A stretch of DNA of 64,000 bases. Source: a virus (lineage: Duplodnaviria > Caudoviricetes). Of this stretch, positions 10,130-19,735 are shown in pieces. The notes beneath the pieces are model-generated. The model saw only the letters and a list, made by a program, of their open reading frames with translations. It was not told the DNA's origin and searched no databases. Location of the stretch: the IMG/VR virus record IMGVR_UViG_3300028888_000057; one strand, given 5' to 3'. A program made the position numbers and the translations under genes. The stretch's first letter is position 1. Each line of letters opens with the position of its first letter.

Positions 10130-10762
10130 ATTATATATATTAACCATATTAAGTATCTCTTAGTATACCTAAGGTATAACGTTATTAGTAACATATACGT
10201 ATCGTTACTTAGATTGTTTTATTATTATTTATTATTATAGGCTTATTTGGTTATATTTTCTTTTGGGAGAAAATATAACCAATAAGCCATTATATATATT
10301 ATTAATATTACTATCCTTCTATAAAATCTACATAAAGCATTTAACTCTACGAAGCTATATTATTCTCTTAAAGAGATTACTTACTTAAATTAAGAGAATC
10401 TTAAAGAGAATAAATAACGTAACAGTCTAATACAAGTAACGTATTTATAATCAAGTAATGAAGAATGAATGATATTCTCTTAATTAATAAATAAAAAACA
10501 TTCTCTCTTAGAATAGTAATAATATACGTAACACTATATTCAATAAACTTATATCTTATTACTAACGGACTATAACTAATTATTTAGATATATATGTCTT
10601 AGGATAATATAATGCAGTATTAAATAAGATTATAGACTTTATACTTTGCAAGTATAAAGGATATAAGATTATTTAATACGGTTATAGATATTTTTATTTC
10701 TTTATTATAATAATATATATAATAATATTAAAGAAAGAATATTATTCTTTTAGATAATAATA
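10130..10762. other. extremely AT-rich non-coding tract (candidate origin/unwinding element)
   Basis: About 630 bp without an ORF, many TATA palindromes, inverted repeat 10240-10288. Confidence 0.45.
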
Positions 10763-10796
10763 CTAAGGCGGTCTCAGCCGCCGGAAAGGAGTATCA

Positions 10797-11147
10797 ATGA
10801 CGGATCTTGAAAAACACCTGCTTGCTGACTTAACCTGCCAAGGAAAAGACTGTGATGACTGCTTCAGAGAATTCAACACCACAAGATGCCCAGCCGTCAA
10901 TAGAGTCCAGCTCGACAATGAAGGACTGAATAAAGACTCTATAATGTATAAATATGCAGAAGTATTAGACGGCTGCTTAGACGTTAACGGCGCCTGCGGA
11001 AGTTGCAAAGCAATAGAACGAGTTGATGAATGTCCAAGACGCAAATACAGAGAGTTAGCACGGGCTGAATACGAACAATCCGGCTTTAATACTCTGTATA
11101 TCAATCTTATAAACGATAACGACCTATATGACATTCTAGGAGAATAA
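10797..11147 (+). CDS. Cys-rich hypothetical protein
   Basis: Two CxxC..CP repeats; AAGGAG RBS. Confidence 0.7.
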   Translation: MTDLEKHLLADLTCQGKDCDDCFREFNTTRCPAVNRVQLDNEGLNKDSIMYKYAEVLDGCLDVNGACGSCKAIERVDECPRRKYRELARAEYEQSGFNTLYINLINDNDLYDILGE

Positions 11148-11149
11148 CA

Positions 11150-11521
11150 ATGACTGATATATTTTATAACCTCGCTGATGCTATGTCCGGCTGTAATACA
11201 CGTCTCTGTGATGACTGCTATAAGCATTTTGGTTTAGATCACGTGTGTCCAACAGACAAGTATTATGAAAAAGCAAAAAGAGAATATACAAACAGAACTA
11301 ATGACTGGATTGAATTTAAGGATAATTATCCAGTTGCGGCTATGTACTTGCACGGTAAATTCTATTGCACTGGCCATACCTGTGTGATTTGTAGACGACT
11401 GGCCGGTATAGATAACTTAGGACCATGTCCTGGCATGCTAGAAAAAGAAACTCAGCAAGAATTAAAGATTAAAACTTATAATATATCAGTGACTGACTTA
11501 GAGAATATCCTAGGAGAATAA
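11150..11521 (+). CDS. Cys-rich hypothetical protein (paralog of 11524..11886)
   Basis: DxxSGCxxRxCxDCYK..VCP..HGKxYCTGHxCxxC shared with the next gene. Confidence 0.75.
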   Translation: MTDIFYNLADAMSGCNTRLCDDCYKHFGLDHVCPTDKYYEKAKREYTNRTNDWIEFKDNYPVAAMYLHGKFYCTGHTCVICRRLAGIDNLGPCPGMLEKETQQELKIKTYNISVTDLENILGE

Positions 11522-11523
11522 AA

Positions 11524-11886
11524 ATGATTGATATTTTATATAATTTCGCTGATGCATGTTCCGGCTGTGGTAGCCGCACATGTCGCGACTGTTACAAGTA
11601 TTTTCATACGAATGACGTATGTCCTATTGACAGTTATTATCATAAAGCAAAGAAAGAATATGAAAATCAGACAAGTAACTGGTATGAGTTCAAGAGAGAG
11701 TATCCAATCTCGGCTGCTTATGTACATGGCAAGCTTTACTGCACCGGCCATGACTGTACGAGCTGTAAAGCCTTGATTGGGACAGAATCTTGTCCGGCTG
11801 ATATGGCTGCGGAAACACAGGAAGAATTAAAGATCATAGGTTATAAGATATCAGTGACTGATTTGGAGGAGATACTGTGCCAGTAA
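11524..11886 (+). CDS. Cys-rich hypothetical protein (paralog of 11150..11521)
   Basis: Co-linear similarity to the upstream ORF. Confidence 0.75.
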   Translation: MIDILYNFADACSGCGSRTCRDCYKYFHTNDVCPIDSYYHKAKKEYENQTSNWYEFKREYPISAAYVHGKLYCTGHDCTSCKALIGTESCPADMAAETQEELKIIGYKISVTDLEEILCQ

Positions 11887-12110
11887 ATTTGAAGTTTCCA
11901 AATATAGATATGCCGGTCAAGCTTACTTATCCGGATAATATTTATTTTGCTCCTCAGCTTGGTAACACTGTTCATGTGATTGATTCGGCTAGAAACCTTC
12001 TGGGTGATTATGTCGTGGCTGAGTTATCGAATGGCGGCTATACTCTACGGAAGGTCAGTGACTGCAAGGTGGATGAAAAAGAAATTTTAGAGATTCTGCA
12101 GGAGAATTAA
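11877..12110 (+). CDS. hypothetical protein
   Basis: Overlapping start, GGAGG RBS. Confidence 0.55.
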   Translation: MPVNLKFPNIDMPVKLTYPDNIYFAPQLGNTVHVIDSARNLLGDYVVAELSNGGYTLRKVSDCKVDEKEILEILQEN

Positions 12111-12650
12111 TATCTATATAATATATATTATTATAATAATAAGAAATAATATTATTAATAATCTATAATAATAAATAATCTGAATAAATATAATTAAATA
12201 AATTAAGATTATTATTCTTATTAATGAATATTATTACTCTTATAGATTATACATTATTTAGATATTACTCTCTTAAGATAATTATATTCCTTTAAATTAA
12301 TTATATTATCTTTAAGATGTATCTCTTTAAGATTATTAATATCTCTTAGAGATTATACTTTCTTTAGAGATTATTATCTTAAGGATAAATGAATCCTTTA
12401 TAGGGATTATTCTTATTTAGAGATAGATACTATTAGAAGAGAATAATTCTTTAGATTAAAACTACACATCTTTTTACTAATTCTTAATATATTTTTACTA
12501 CACACATATTCTTTAGATATTATACACATTACTATTTATATTAATAATACTAACCATATTAATAACAATATCTCTAAAAGATAATATAATCCTTTATTAA
12601 TATAATATAAAGAATAATATTTATAATATAAAGATAAATACTACACTTTG
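12111..12650. other. second extremely AT-rich non-coding tract
   Basis: No ORF; begins with an imperfect inverted copy of 10682-10727. Confidence 0.45.
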
Positions 12651-12688
12651 ATAACTGGCGGGGAGAGAACTGGCCGGGGAGAATTGAA

Positions 12689-13042
12689 ATGATTAAACAG
12701 TACGCCGAGAATATGATTGAAAATTGCGAAGGATGCTCTAAATGTAAGTATAAAGGCAATTGTTTTGTTAGAGCAAATAGAGAACAGGTAGCAAAAGAAG
12801 TAAAAGAGAATTCTGAAGAATGGCAGGAATTCCTTGAAGAAATGCCGGCCGTGGCTATATACGCTGGATCACACGCTATTTGCAATTGGTTCAGCTGTGA
12901 ACAGTGCAAAAGCTTCTTCAAATGGGACAAAATTCGTGGGTTTCCTTGCGACAAAACCACTGAAGTAATTGAACAATGGGATAATAACAAGGTAAAAATT
13001 GATTCTGAAGAACTCTTGGATCTTTTAGGAGACAAAATATGA
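12689..13042 (+). CDS. Cys-rich hypothetical protein
   Basis: CxxCxxC repeats. Confidence 0.65.
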   Translation: MIKQYAENMIENCEGCSKCKYKGNCFVRANREQVAKEVKENSEEWQEFLEEMPAVAIYAGSHAICNWFSCEQCKSFFKWDKIRGFPCDKTTEVIEQWDNNKVKIDSEELLDLLGDKI

Positions 13043-13308
13043 ATATAGGCGATAAGGTATTAGTGACTGGCCCGGAAGGTTGGACAGGCGAAAGACAAGA
13101 GTATTACATTAACAACAACGAGTACACAGTGGCTCCTAGTATGTATCAATATAAAGGCAAAGAAACAACAATCTGTGCAAAGTATCATCGTAAACCTGAC
13201 ACTTGGCTACTTCATGGCATACCGGGTTTTTATTGGCACGAATCATGGTTGCAGCCGGTAGAAACAATTCAACTGTCAGATGAAATCTTCGATATTCTGG
13301 AGGAGTAA
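13039..13308 (+). CDS. small SH3/KOW-like paralog family protein
   Basis: MNIGDKV..GPEGW..YWHESWLQP, shared with 13310 and the 20945-22612 family. Confidence 0.65.
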   Translation: MNIGDKVLVTGPEGWTGERQEYYINNNEYTVAPSMYQYKGKETTICAKYHRKPDTWLLHGIPGFYWHESWLQPVETIQLSDEIFDILEE

Positions 13309-13309
13309 T

Positions 13310-13576
13310 ATGCTTGAGAAAGGAACTCCGGTTGTGATTGTCGGCCCTGAGGGTTGGGACGGGCAAGACCGTGATTATGAAATCAATGGTGAAATATATC
13401 ACATCAACAATATCATGAAAGATTATCTTGGTCAGAAAACACGTATTCTTGCTGGAAATGATCAGCTGGATGATTGGTATAGCGTTGAGTCTAATTACTG
13501 GTGGTGGCATGAAAATTGGTTAAAGTACGATAAGATAAATATCGATGATAATGAGTTAGAAGAGATGCTCTTGTGA
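13310..13576 (+). CDS. small SH3/KOW-like paralog family protein
   Basis: GPEGW..WWHENWL; GGAGGAG RBS. Confidence 0.65.
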   Translation: MLEKGTPVVIVGPEGWDGQDRDYEINGEIYHINNIMKDYLGQKTRILAGNDQLDDWYSVESNYWWWHENWLKYDKINIDDNELEEMLL

Positions 13577-14214
13577 AAACTTTGTATTCTGTCTGGAATA
13601 ACACACCGGATAACGATTCAATCATTGCGGCCGGATTAACAGTTGATGAATGTGCTAAACTTCTTGGAATCAAAAAGAATACTGTCTACGAACAAGTCAG
13701 CCGAAGAAAACATGGTAAGAATTGCAGTATTTTGATTATTTCAGAAATGGTAAAGGATGATGAGGAGGAGGATAACATGGTAGTAATTAAACCCGGAAAT
13801 ATTCTTGATGCTAAAGAGAACCTGATCTTTCAGCAGGTTAATTGCCAGAATGTAATGGGCTCAGGTTTGGCTAAGGCCATCTATACCAAATGGCCTGTTG
13901 TGAAAGAAAAGTATCATAAATTTTGTGACGGAAAGAAACCTGAGGATCTTCTTGGACACTTTCAGACTGTACAGGTGACTGATAATCAGTATGTCGTTAA
14001 TATCTTTGGTCAGCTGAGCTATGGCCGTGAAAGGATTCATTATACCGACTATAATGCTTTAGACAAAGCTTTTAAAGCAATCTCCAGAACAAGAGGATCA
14101 ATTGCTGTCCCATATGGTATGGGAGCAGGATTGGCTAATGGAGACTGGAGCACCGTCCTTCTTTTGATTAAGAAACATTTCTATGATCATAATGTGACAA
14201 TTTATAAATTGTAA
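13573..14214 (+). CDS. HTH-like N-terminus fused to a macro domain (ADP-ribose hydrolase-like)
   Basis: GNILDA..QQVNCQNVMGSGLAKAI..VPYGMGAGLANGDW; internal RBS and ATG at 13777. Confidence 0.85.
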   Translation: MKTLYSVWNNTPDNDSIIAAGLTVDECAKLLGIKKNTVYEQVSRRKHGKNCSILIISEMVKDDEEEDNMVVIKPGNILDAKENLIFQQVNCQNVMGSGLAKAIYTKWPVVKEKYHKFCDGKKPEDLLGHFQTVQVTDNQYVVNIFGQLSYGRERIHYTDYNALDKAFKAISRTRGSIAVPYGMGAGLANGDWSTVLLLIKKHFYDHNVTIYKL

Positions 14215-14254
14215 TGTTTTAGAGCGGATTGGATTTTTGATCCGAACCGCATAA

Positions 14255-14341
14255 GCGAGGGTGGCAGAGTTGGCTGATCGCTCCGGTCTTGAAAACCGGT
14301 GAGCCTACTGGGCTCCGAGGGTTCGAATCCCTCCTCTCGCG
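14255..14341 (+). tRNA. tRNA-Ser(UGA)
   Basis: CCGGT-CT TGA AA-ACCGG, long variable arm, GTTCGAATCC. Confidence 0.9.
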
Positions 14342-14348
14342 CTATTAT

Positions 14349-14425
14349 GCACCCTTAGCTAAGTTGGTCGTAGCTGCGGCCTTGTAAGCCGTGTAATCAG
14401 CTGGGTTCGAGTCCCAGAGGGTGTA
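14349..14425 (+). tRNA. tRNA-Thr(UGU)
   Basis: GCACCCT/AGGGTGT, GCGGC-CT TGT AA-GCCGT, GTTCGAGTCC. Confidence 0.8.
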
Positions 14426-14510
14426 CAAACCGTCACATCCTTGCGGTATATAAATTTGGGTGTCGGCAAGCAGGGCCAAACTGCTGCAGGTGTGGTAGTC
14501 AGGCACATCG

Positions 14511-14611
14511 AAATACGAGTGCTGGAATAGGTAACAGTACGAAGGTCGGTAAGATTCCGCAAGAGTTAGAGGGGCGGAATAATGTGAGGTGCAAATCCTC
14601 ACCTCGTATTT
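14511..14611 (+). ncRNA. tRNA-like element (GTGAGG-TGCAAAT-CCTCAC family), copy A
   Basis: AAATACGAG/CTCGTATTT stem, Leu-like D arm, shared T arm. Confidence 0.5.
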
Positions 14612-14614
14612 TAT

Positions 14615-14688
14615 GGGAAATTAACTCAGTTGGTAGAGCCACTGTCTTGCAAGTAGGATATCTGCGGTTCGAGTCCCAAAGGGTATAC
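14615..14688 (+). pseudogene. decayed tRNA (TGC, Ala-like)
   Basis: TAACTCAGTTGGTAGAG and GGTTCGAGTCC retained but stems broken. Confidence 0.4.
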
Positions 14689-14751
14689 TACAAAAAAAGA
14701 ACAATTCGATAACATAACACAATCGTAAAAGTTGATTGAGGAGTAGAAAAA

Positions 14752-15219
14752 ATGATTGTCAAGAAAAGAATTATTGCTACAGAAGATATAGTAGTTCCGT
14801 TCTATGGGATTAGATTATTATCAGAACAAGAATATAAAACATACAGTCGTAAAATCAACGAGATTGATTATTGGTGGTGGCTAAGTTCTCCTGACTCAAA
14901 CAAGATATTTGCTGCGTGTGTGTGGATCGATGGTCACAACAGCTACATGTGTGTAAACAGAAAAAATGGTGCTGTTCGTCCTGTTTTAATCGGAAGATTT
15001 TGTAAGCTTAAACAGGGAGATGAGTTCGAACTTGCAGGCTACACATGGACAGTGTTGAATGATGAATTGGCACTTTGCAATGACGTTATAGGCTATACAT
15101 GCTTCAGAAAAGATTTAGTTGCGGATGACGCTAATGAATATGATGCATCTGATGTGAAAAAGTGGCTATATGACTGGGCAGAACAAAATGGAATCGGATT
15201 TACTCTAAGTGCTGTATAA
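14752..15219 (+). CDS. DUF6273-like protein
   Basis: RLLS..EY..WWWLSSP..GAVRPVL. Confidence 0.6.
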   Translation: MIVKKRIIATEDIVVPFYGIRLLSEQEYKTYSRKINEIDYWWWLSSPDSNKIFAACVWIDGHNSYMCVNRKNGAVRPVLIGRFCKLKQGDEFELAGYTWTVLNDELALCNDVIGYTCFRKDLVADDANEYDASDVKKWLYDWAEQNGIGFTLSAV

Positions 15220-15240
15220 AATAGATGAAGGAGAAGAAGA

Positions 15241-15846
15241 ATGAGCTGGTGGACATACGTTAAAGGTGTCGTCGAGGTTGAAGTTCCTGGTCGAACTCAG
15301 GCAGAAATTCGATACGTACTTGAATCGGTTCTTGATCATCTTCCCCGTGTTACCGGCTCGGAAGGTGATATGAACGTATATATATCACAAAGAGCCGGGC
15401 ATAACTGCTCAAGCTCCTGCGATGAATTCGGACTCAAAACCAATAACCTCAAAGATTATGATGGTTTCAAAACCAGAAAACACGGCTGGCTTGAAACACA
15501 GAGCAGATATATGTTAACCGTTGACGGTGCTCTTCGGGATAGAGAATTTGAAGAAACAAAACGTGAATTTATGAAATGGATCTGTAGACTGGCGAAGCGG
15601 CTGAACATCTATTCCCTTGTAGTTAAGATTAGCGATTACAGTAAGTCAATGATCATTTCTAAGGTGGCACCTTTTGACCAAATGTTCGAATGGAAAGACG
15701 GTGAAAAGAGATGGACTTCTTACCTACTCTGGGAAAGAGATCCGCAAAGTTACTGGCCGCTTGAACTTGCAAACAAGTATTTTGATGAAGAATACATTGA
15801 TAAAGAACTGGAACGCAGAAATAAGTGGCATGAAAGTTTTGATTGA
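15241..15846 (+). CDS. hypothetical phage protein
   Basis: 201-aa ORF, AAGGAG RBS. Confidence 0.7.
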   Translation: MSWWTYVKGVVEVEVPGRTQAEIRYVLESVLDHLPRVTGSEGDMNVYISQRAGHNCSSSCDEFGLKTNNLKDYDGFKTRKHGWLETQSRYMLTVDGALRDREFEETKREFMKWICRLAKRLNIYSLVVKISDYSKSMIISKVAPFDQMFEWKDGEKRWTSYLLWERDPQSYWPLELANKYFDEEYIDKELERRNKWHESFD

Positions 15847-15864
15847 AGTTTGAGGAAACATAAT

Positions 15865-16086
15865 ATGGCTAAATTTGTAGTTCCGTCCAGAAAGGACACA
15901 ATAGTTTGCTGTCATAGATGTAAAACGTTATATGTTCCAGAAAAGATGGATTTTCCAGGAAGTTCATTTTTTGAAGAATGCCCATTGTGTCATTCCAGTA
16001 GTAATGATTGGAGTGATACGATTCCATTATGGAAGTATAATTTGATTAAACTGTTCAGAGTGGGCCCAAAAGAAATGCTGAAATAA
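15865..16086 (+). CDS. small zinc-ribbon protein
   Basis: CxxC..CPxC; GAGG RBS. Confidence 0.55.
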   Translation: MAKFVVPSRKDTIVCCHRCKTLYVPEKMDFPGSSFFEECPLCHSSSNDWSDTIPLWKYNLIKLFRVGPKEMLK

Positions 16087-16099
16087 AAGAAAGGTTTCT

Positions 16100-16348
16100 A
16101 TGACTATTAAAGAGTTGGTATATGACTATTTCTTCCCGGAAGGCAATATAAAATCCAGAAAAAGAGATATTCTTTTTAAGCTGGCTAAGCGCGGTACTGA
16201 TATATCGAAAAAAGAAAATGTCGAATTATTGTATCGTGGCTGTATCGTGCAACCAGATTATTTATATAACAAACAAGTGGTTAAATTCTGGATTGAGACA
16301 CAATCTCGTACAAACGATTATATCATCTGGGTGCTATATGATGAATAA
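16100..16348 (+). CDS. hypothetical protein
   Basis: AAAGG RBS, in operon. Confidence 0.55.
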   Translation: MTIKELVYDYFFPEGNIKSRKRDILFKLAKRGTDISKKENVELLYRGCIVQPDYLYNKQVVKFWIETQSRTNDYIIWVLYDE

Positions 16349-16375
16349 TGCAACGCACTAAGGAGTTGATTCCTA

Positions 16376-16594
16376 ATGAACAATCTAACACTAAAAGAAA
16401 TATATAGACTTGCAGAATCAAATCTTACAGATACATATAATTATCAGAGAAAACGAGTTCGTGAAATGAAAAGAAAAGCAAATGCGGATATCGAACGCGC
16501 AAGACAATGGAATATTCTGGCTTCTAGATTTGATGAGTTATCAAAAGAAACTTTTGATAAAATAATGCAGTTAATAGAATTACAAAAAGAATAA
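16376..16594 (+). CDS. hypothetical protein
   Basis: AAGGAG RBS. Confidence 0.55.
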   Translation: MNNLTLKEIYRLAESNLTDTYNYQRKRVREMKRKANADIERARQWNILASRFDELSKETFDKIMQLIELQKE

Positions 16595-16638
16595 TTTTTT
16601 TTAGAGTGGGACCAAAAGAAATGTTGAAATGAGGTGAA

Positions 16639-16833
16639 GTGGTAATGAGTGAAGCTCCTACACAAAAACAAGAAGAATACGCTAAATATTTAGCTCAGCG
16701 GGTGTGTAAAGACCTTCCGAAAGAATATACAAAAACTGCTTATTCCGATTTTATCAGTCGTTGGAAACCTGTTGTTAAAGCTGAAGATGATGCTATGAAT
16801 GAACCGAGTGCATGGCAATTGCAATATTATTAA
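16639..16833 (+). CDS. hypothetical protein
   Basis: GAGGTG RBS; PTxKQ..YA..L motif. Confidence 0.55.
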   Translation: MVMSEAPTQKQEEYAKYLAQRVCKDLPKEYTKTAYSDFISRWKPVVKAEDDAMNEPSAWQLQYY

Positions 16834-16885
16834 AAGGCCGGTAAAGTGGAAATAAACTACAACTGTAAAAAATTAGGAGGACAAT

Positions 16886-17092
16886 ATGAGTATCCGGTGG
16901 TATCTGGAAGATAAATCATGGTCGTATGAAATGGATCTCGCATATCCATTACGTCCATATAGGCTATACGACCCCAACGGAAAACTTCATAAAGAATTTG
17001 GGAGCTTAGATGATTTGAATCATTATGTGAAAATCATAAAAGAAGTAACTCCTGTGATCGAGAAAAACATTAAAAATAAGGTGAAAAAATGA
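16886..17092 (+). CDS. hypothetical protein
   Basis: AGGAGG RBS. Confidence 0.55.
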   Translation: MSIRWYLEDKSWSYEMDLAYPLRPYRLYDPNGKLHKEFGSLDDLNHYVKIIKEVTPVIEKNIKNKVKK

Positions 17093-17213
17093 GATTATAC
17101 GGAGCTAAAGTTTCTCAAGATTATATTCAACTTCCTAAAGGGCGGAAAAGACTGAAGCGCAGGTATCCGGCGAGCATTGTCTATCCATATTCGTGCCATA
17201 GGAGAAAATAAAA

Positions 17214-17570
17214 ATGTTTATTGATCAGTTTACACCGGAACAGATTGAACTAATTAAGAAAGAATTACAAGAAAAACAAAAGAGTCAGAAACAGGCCGTC
17301 CTTGGACTTGACGAAGAGTTGCGGAAGATGTTTCCAATTGATTATCAGAAAGCTTCAGAAGAAGAAAAAGAATTATGGCTCAATCGCAGAAGTCTCGATA
17401 AACTTTTGTATGAAATTATTGATTTGACACTTCAAAATAATTTGACATATCAACGTGCATATCGAGGAATAAAACTTCGGAGAGGTTCTCAAATTGATCC
17501 TGAGTTGAAAGAGGAATACATAGAGATGGCAAATGAGTTGATGACAATCATCAACAAACATAAGAAATAA
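17214..17570 (+). CDS. hypothetical protein
   Basis: AGGAG RBS. Confidence 0.6.
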   Translation: MFIDQFTPEQIELIKKELQEKQKSQKQAVLGLDEELRKMFPIDYQKASEEEKELWLNRRSLDKLLYEIIDLTLQNNLTYQRAYRGIKLRRGSQIDPELKEEYIEMANELMTIINKHKK

Positions 17571-17579
17571 GGAGCTATT

Positions 17580-17936
17580 ATGGGCTGGATCGTAGATCGT
17601 AATCCAACAGTTAAAGGACAATACTTGTGTACTGTTTATGAAGAAGATGAATATTATATTTGTATATGTAATTGGAATGATAAGTGGACTTGCGCATGTG
17701 ATGATGTAAATGTCATTGCTTGGCAAGCACTTCCCGAAACCTATAAAGTAACCAATAAGAAGTATATAGAAAACACAATCGATAAACTTGAAAGAGATCT
17801 AAAGAACGTCAAAAAGATTATTAGAGAAACTGATAAAAAGGGCTTACTTGATACGATTAACAAAATTGTAATTAATGCCCATATTGATTTAAGTACATGT
17901 ACAAATTTTAGCGGAGTCAAACTCTCCAAGGAGTGA
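17580..17936 (+). CDS. hypothetical protein (DUF551-like N-half)
   Basis: MGWI..P..G.YLCT..VIAWQALP. Confidence 0.55.
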   Translation: MGWIVDRNPTVKGQYLCTVYEEDEYYICICNWNDKWTCACDDVNVIAWQALPETYKVTNKKYIENTIDKLERDLKNVKKIIRETDKKGLLDTINKIVINAHIDLSTCTNFSGVKLSKE

Positions 17937-18256
17937 ACATGATTGAAGAGTATTTGAAACAACTTTATTTCTGTCATGGTCACCATTGCGACGAATGTCG
18001 AAAGCATTCCGGAGCAAATCATTGTCTTGTTTCAAGAGATTTTGATTGTCCACACGAAGCTCCGGCGTGGTTAAAAGATATTACCAATATAAATAAAACA
18101 TGCAAAATAATTCCCGAATCAGCCAATTGTAAAACATGTAAACACTATACAACATGTCCTGTGATAACCCATAAACAGTTAGCATTAGATTATGCATATA
18201 ATCGAAATCAGCCTGTTGTGGACGATAGTTTGTTACTTGAAATATTAACAAAATAA
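17933..18256 (+). CDS. Cys-rich hypothetical protein
   Basis: CxxC repeats. Confidence 0.6.
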   Translation: MNMIEEYLKQLYFCHGHHCDECRKHSGANHCLVSRDFDCPHEAPAWLKDITNINKTCKIIPESANCKTCKHYTTCPVITHKQLALDYAYNRNQPVVDDSLLLEILTK

Positions 18257-18267
18257 GGAGTGATTAT

Positions 18268-18717
18268 ATGGATCAGGAAGCCAAAGCTGATAATGGTAAA
18301 GCACGACTGACATTGGTTCCGAGAAAGATTCTTTATGACGTTGCAAGAATCAGAGAGTTCGGAACAAAGAAGTATAAAGATCCTGATAACTGGAAAAAAG
18401 TAGAAGCTTGGAGATATAAGGACGCGCTGATGCGTCATCTCTGTGCCTATCTTGATGATCCGAAGAGTGTCGATGAAGAGAGCGGCTTGCCTCATTTGTG
18501 GCATGCGGCTTGTAATATGGCTTTCCTTTGTGAGATGGAAGACTGGGAAGAAAAGAAAGAAGAAGTTGTTGAAAAACCGAAGTGTAAAGATTGCAAGTAT
18601 TGTTGCGAAGTGAATAGAGGAAATAAAGTTTATATTTGTAAAGAAGTAAGTAAATTTGGCAAGACAATCTTCAATATTGAAGCGCCGATTTGCGAAAAAG
18701 GAACAAGAAAAGAATAA
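18268..18717 (+). CDS. dATP/dGTP diphosphohydrolase domain (DUF5664) protein
   Basis: KADNGKARLTLVP..FGTKKY..NWKK..ALMRHL..DEESGLPHLWHAACN. Confidence 0.85.
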   Translation: MDQEAKADNGKARLTLVPRKILYDVARIREFGTKKYKDPDNWKKVEAWRYKDALMRHLCAYLDDPKSVDEESGLPHLWHAACNMAFLCEMEDWEEKKEEVVEKPKCKDCKYCCEVNRGNKVYICKEVSKFGKTIFNIEAPICEKGTRKE

Positions 18718-18738
18718 GCCGGAAAGGAGGGAAAAATA

Positions 18739-19278
18739 ATGGCTTTAACAAAGATTGATCTGGAAACGATGGATAATCGTAACTTTCACTACAAGGCTCA
18801 ATGGAAACCTGATGTGGAAGAGTACTACAAGAAAGCGGATGCCCAACTTGTAGCCGGAGAAATCTATTCACTGGGAGACAACCCTTCGACGAAGGAAGTT
18901 CTCGAAATGGCCCGAAGTGAAGATAGAGAAATCCATAAGCTGATTGAGTGGGATGACAGTATCGCAGCCGAAAAGCATCGGATGTATCAGGTCAGAAAGA
19001 TTATGGGTAATATCCAGATCACTGAGATCAAGCTGAAAAAAAAAGCGCCTCAGAAGATTAAGGTTCCGCTGAGAATGTTCTACCATCTGAAAGGCGAAGA
19101 AGGATATCACGCCACTCCGACTATCATCGAAAACAAAGACTTAAATGACAAACTTCTGGCAACAGCCAAGGCAGAACTGGCTGCGTTTGTCACTAAGTAT
19201 TCGATCCTCACAGAGCTTCAGCCTGTTTTCGATGCCATCAGGAGCCTGGATAATCCGCCTGATAATCCGGCGGCCTAA
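18739..19278 (+). CDS. putative partner of the RAMP-like protein
   Basis: AAGGAGG RBS; IHKLIEWDDSIAAEKHR..QVR.I motif; directly precedes the pentamer/hairpin array. Confidence 0.7.
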   Translation: MALTKIDLETMDNRNFHYKAQWKPDVEEYYKKADAQLVAGEIYSLGDNPSTKEVLEMARSEDREIHKLIEWDDSIAAEKHRMYQVRKIMGNIQITEIKLKKKAPQKIKVPLRMFYHLKGEEGYHATPTIIENKDLNDKLLATAKAELAAFVTKYSILTELQPVFDAIRSLDNPPDNPAA

Positions 19279-19284
19279 ATCAGA

Positions 19285-19700
19285 GTGCGGTTAGTACAAT
19301 AAGGGACTTGTGAGTCCCTACAACAAGAGTACACATCATATTTCAACACATCATAATGCAGGACATCACATTACAAGTCTCTTGTTGTGCTAATCGCACA
19401 AAAACAGCTTACGATATTATATAAAAGCATTAATAATAACAGTTTATTAAACTTTAATATATCATAACATATCAAAACTCAAGACATTACAATATACAAC
19501 TTCGTTGACTCTCATAAGGGCATGTATTATGTCCTACTACAATATAGAGCAATATAGGAAAAACAAGGACAAAACAACACAGTACAACACATGCTCTTAT
19601 TAGAGTCAACGGAGCATTATTCAACAGTTCTGTTGACAATAACAGAACAAATCAATAAAACACTAAAAATTACACAATCAAACAGTAAAGAACATCATTT
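19285..19700 (+). repeat. pentamer (ACA-like + NN) array with hairpin units 1 (19285-19399) and 2 (19500-19614)
   Basis: 26-27-nt arms pairing with G.U wobbles; 5-nt periodicity in loops and between units. Confidence 0.85.
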
Positions 19701-19735
19701 ATTTTTTGAAAATTATTTTTAAAGGAGAAAATATT

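Noticed and set aside
18268-18717. Z-base (2-aminoadenine) genome pathway
   Set aside because: DUF5664 and an HD protein are present, but there is no PurZ-like gene in this window
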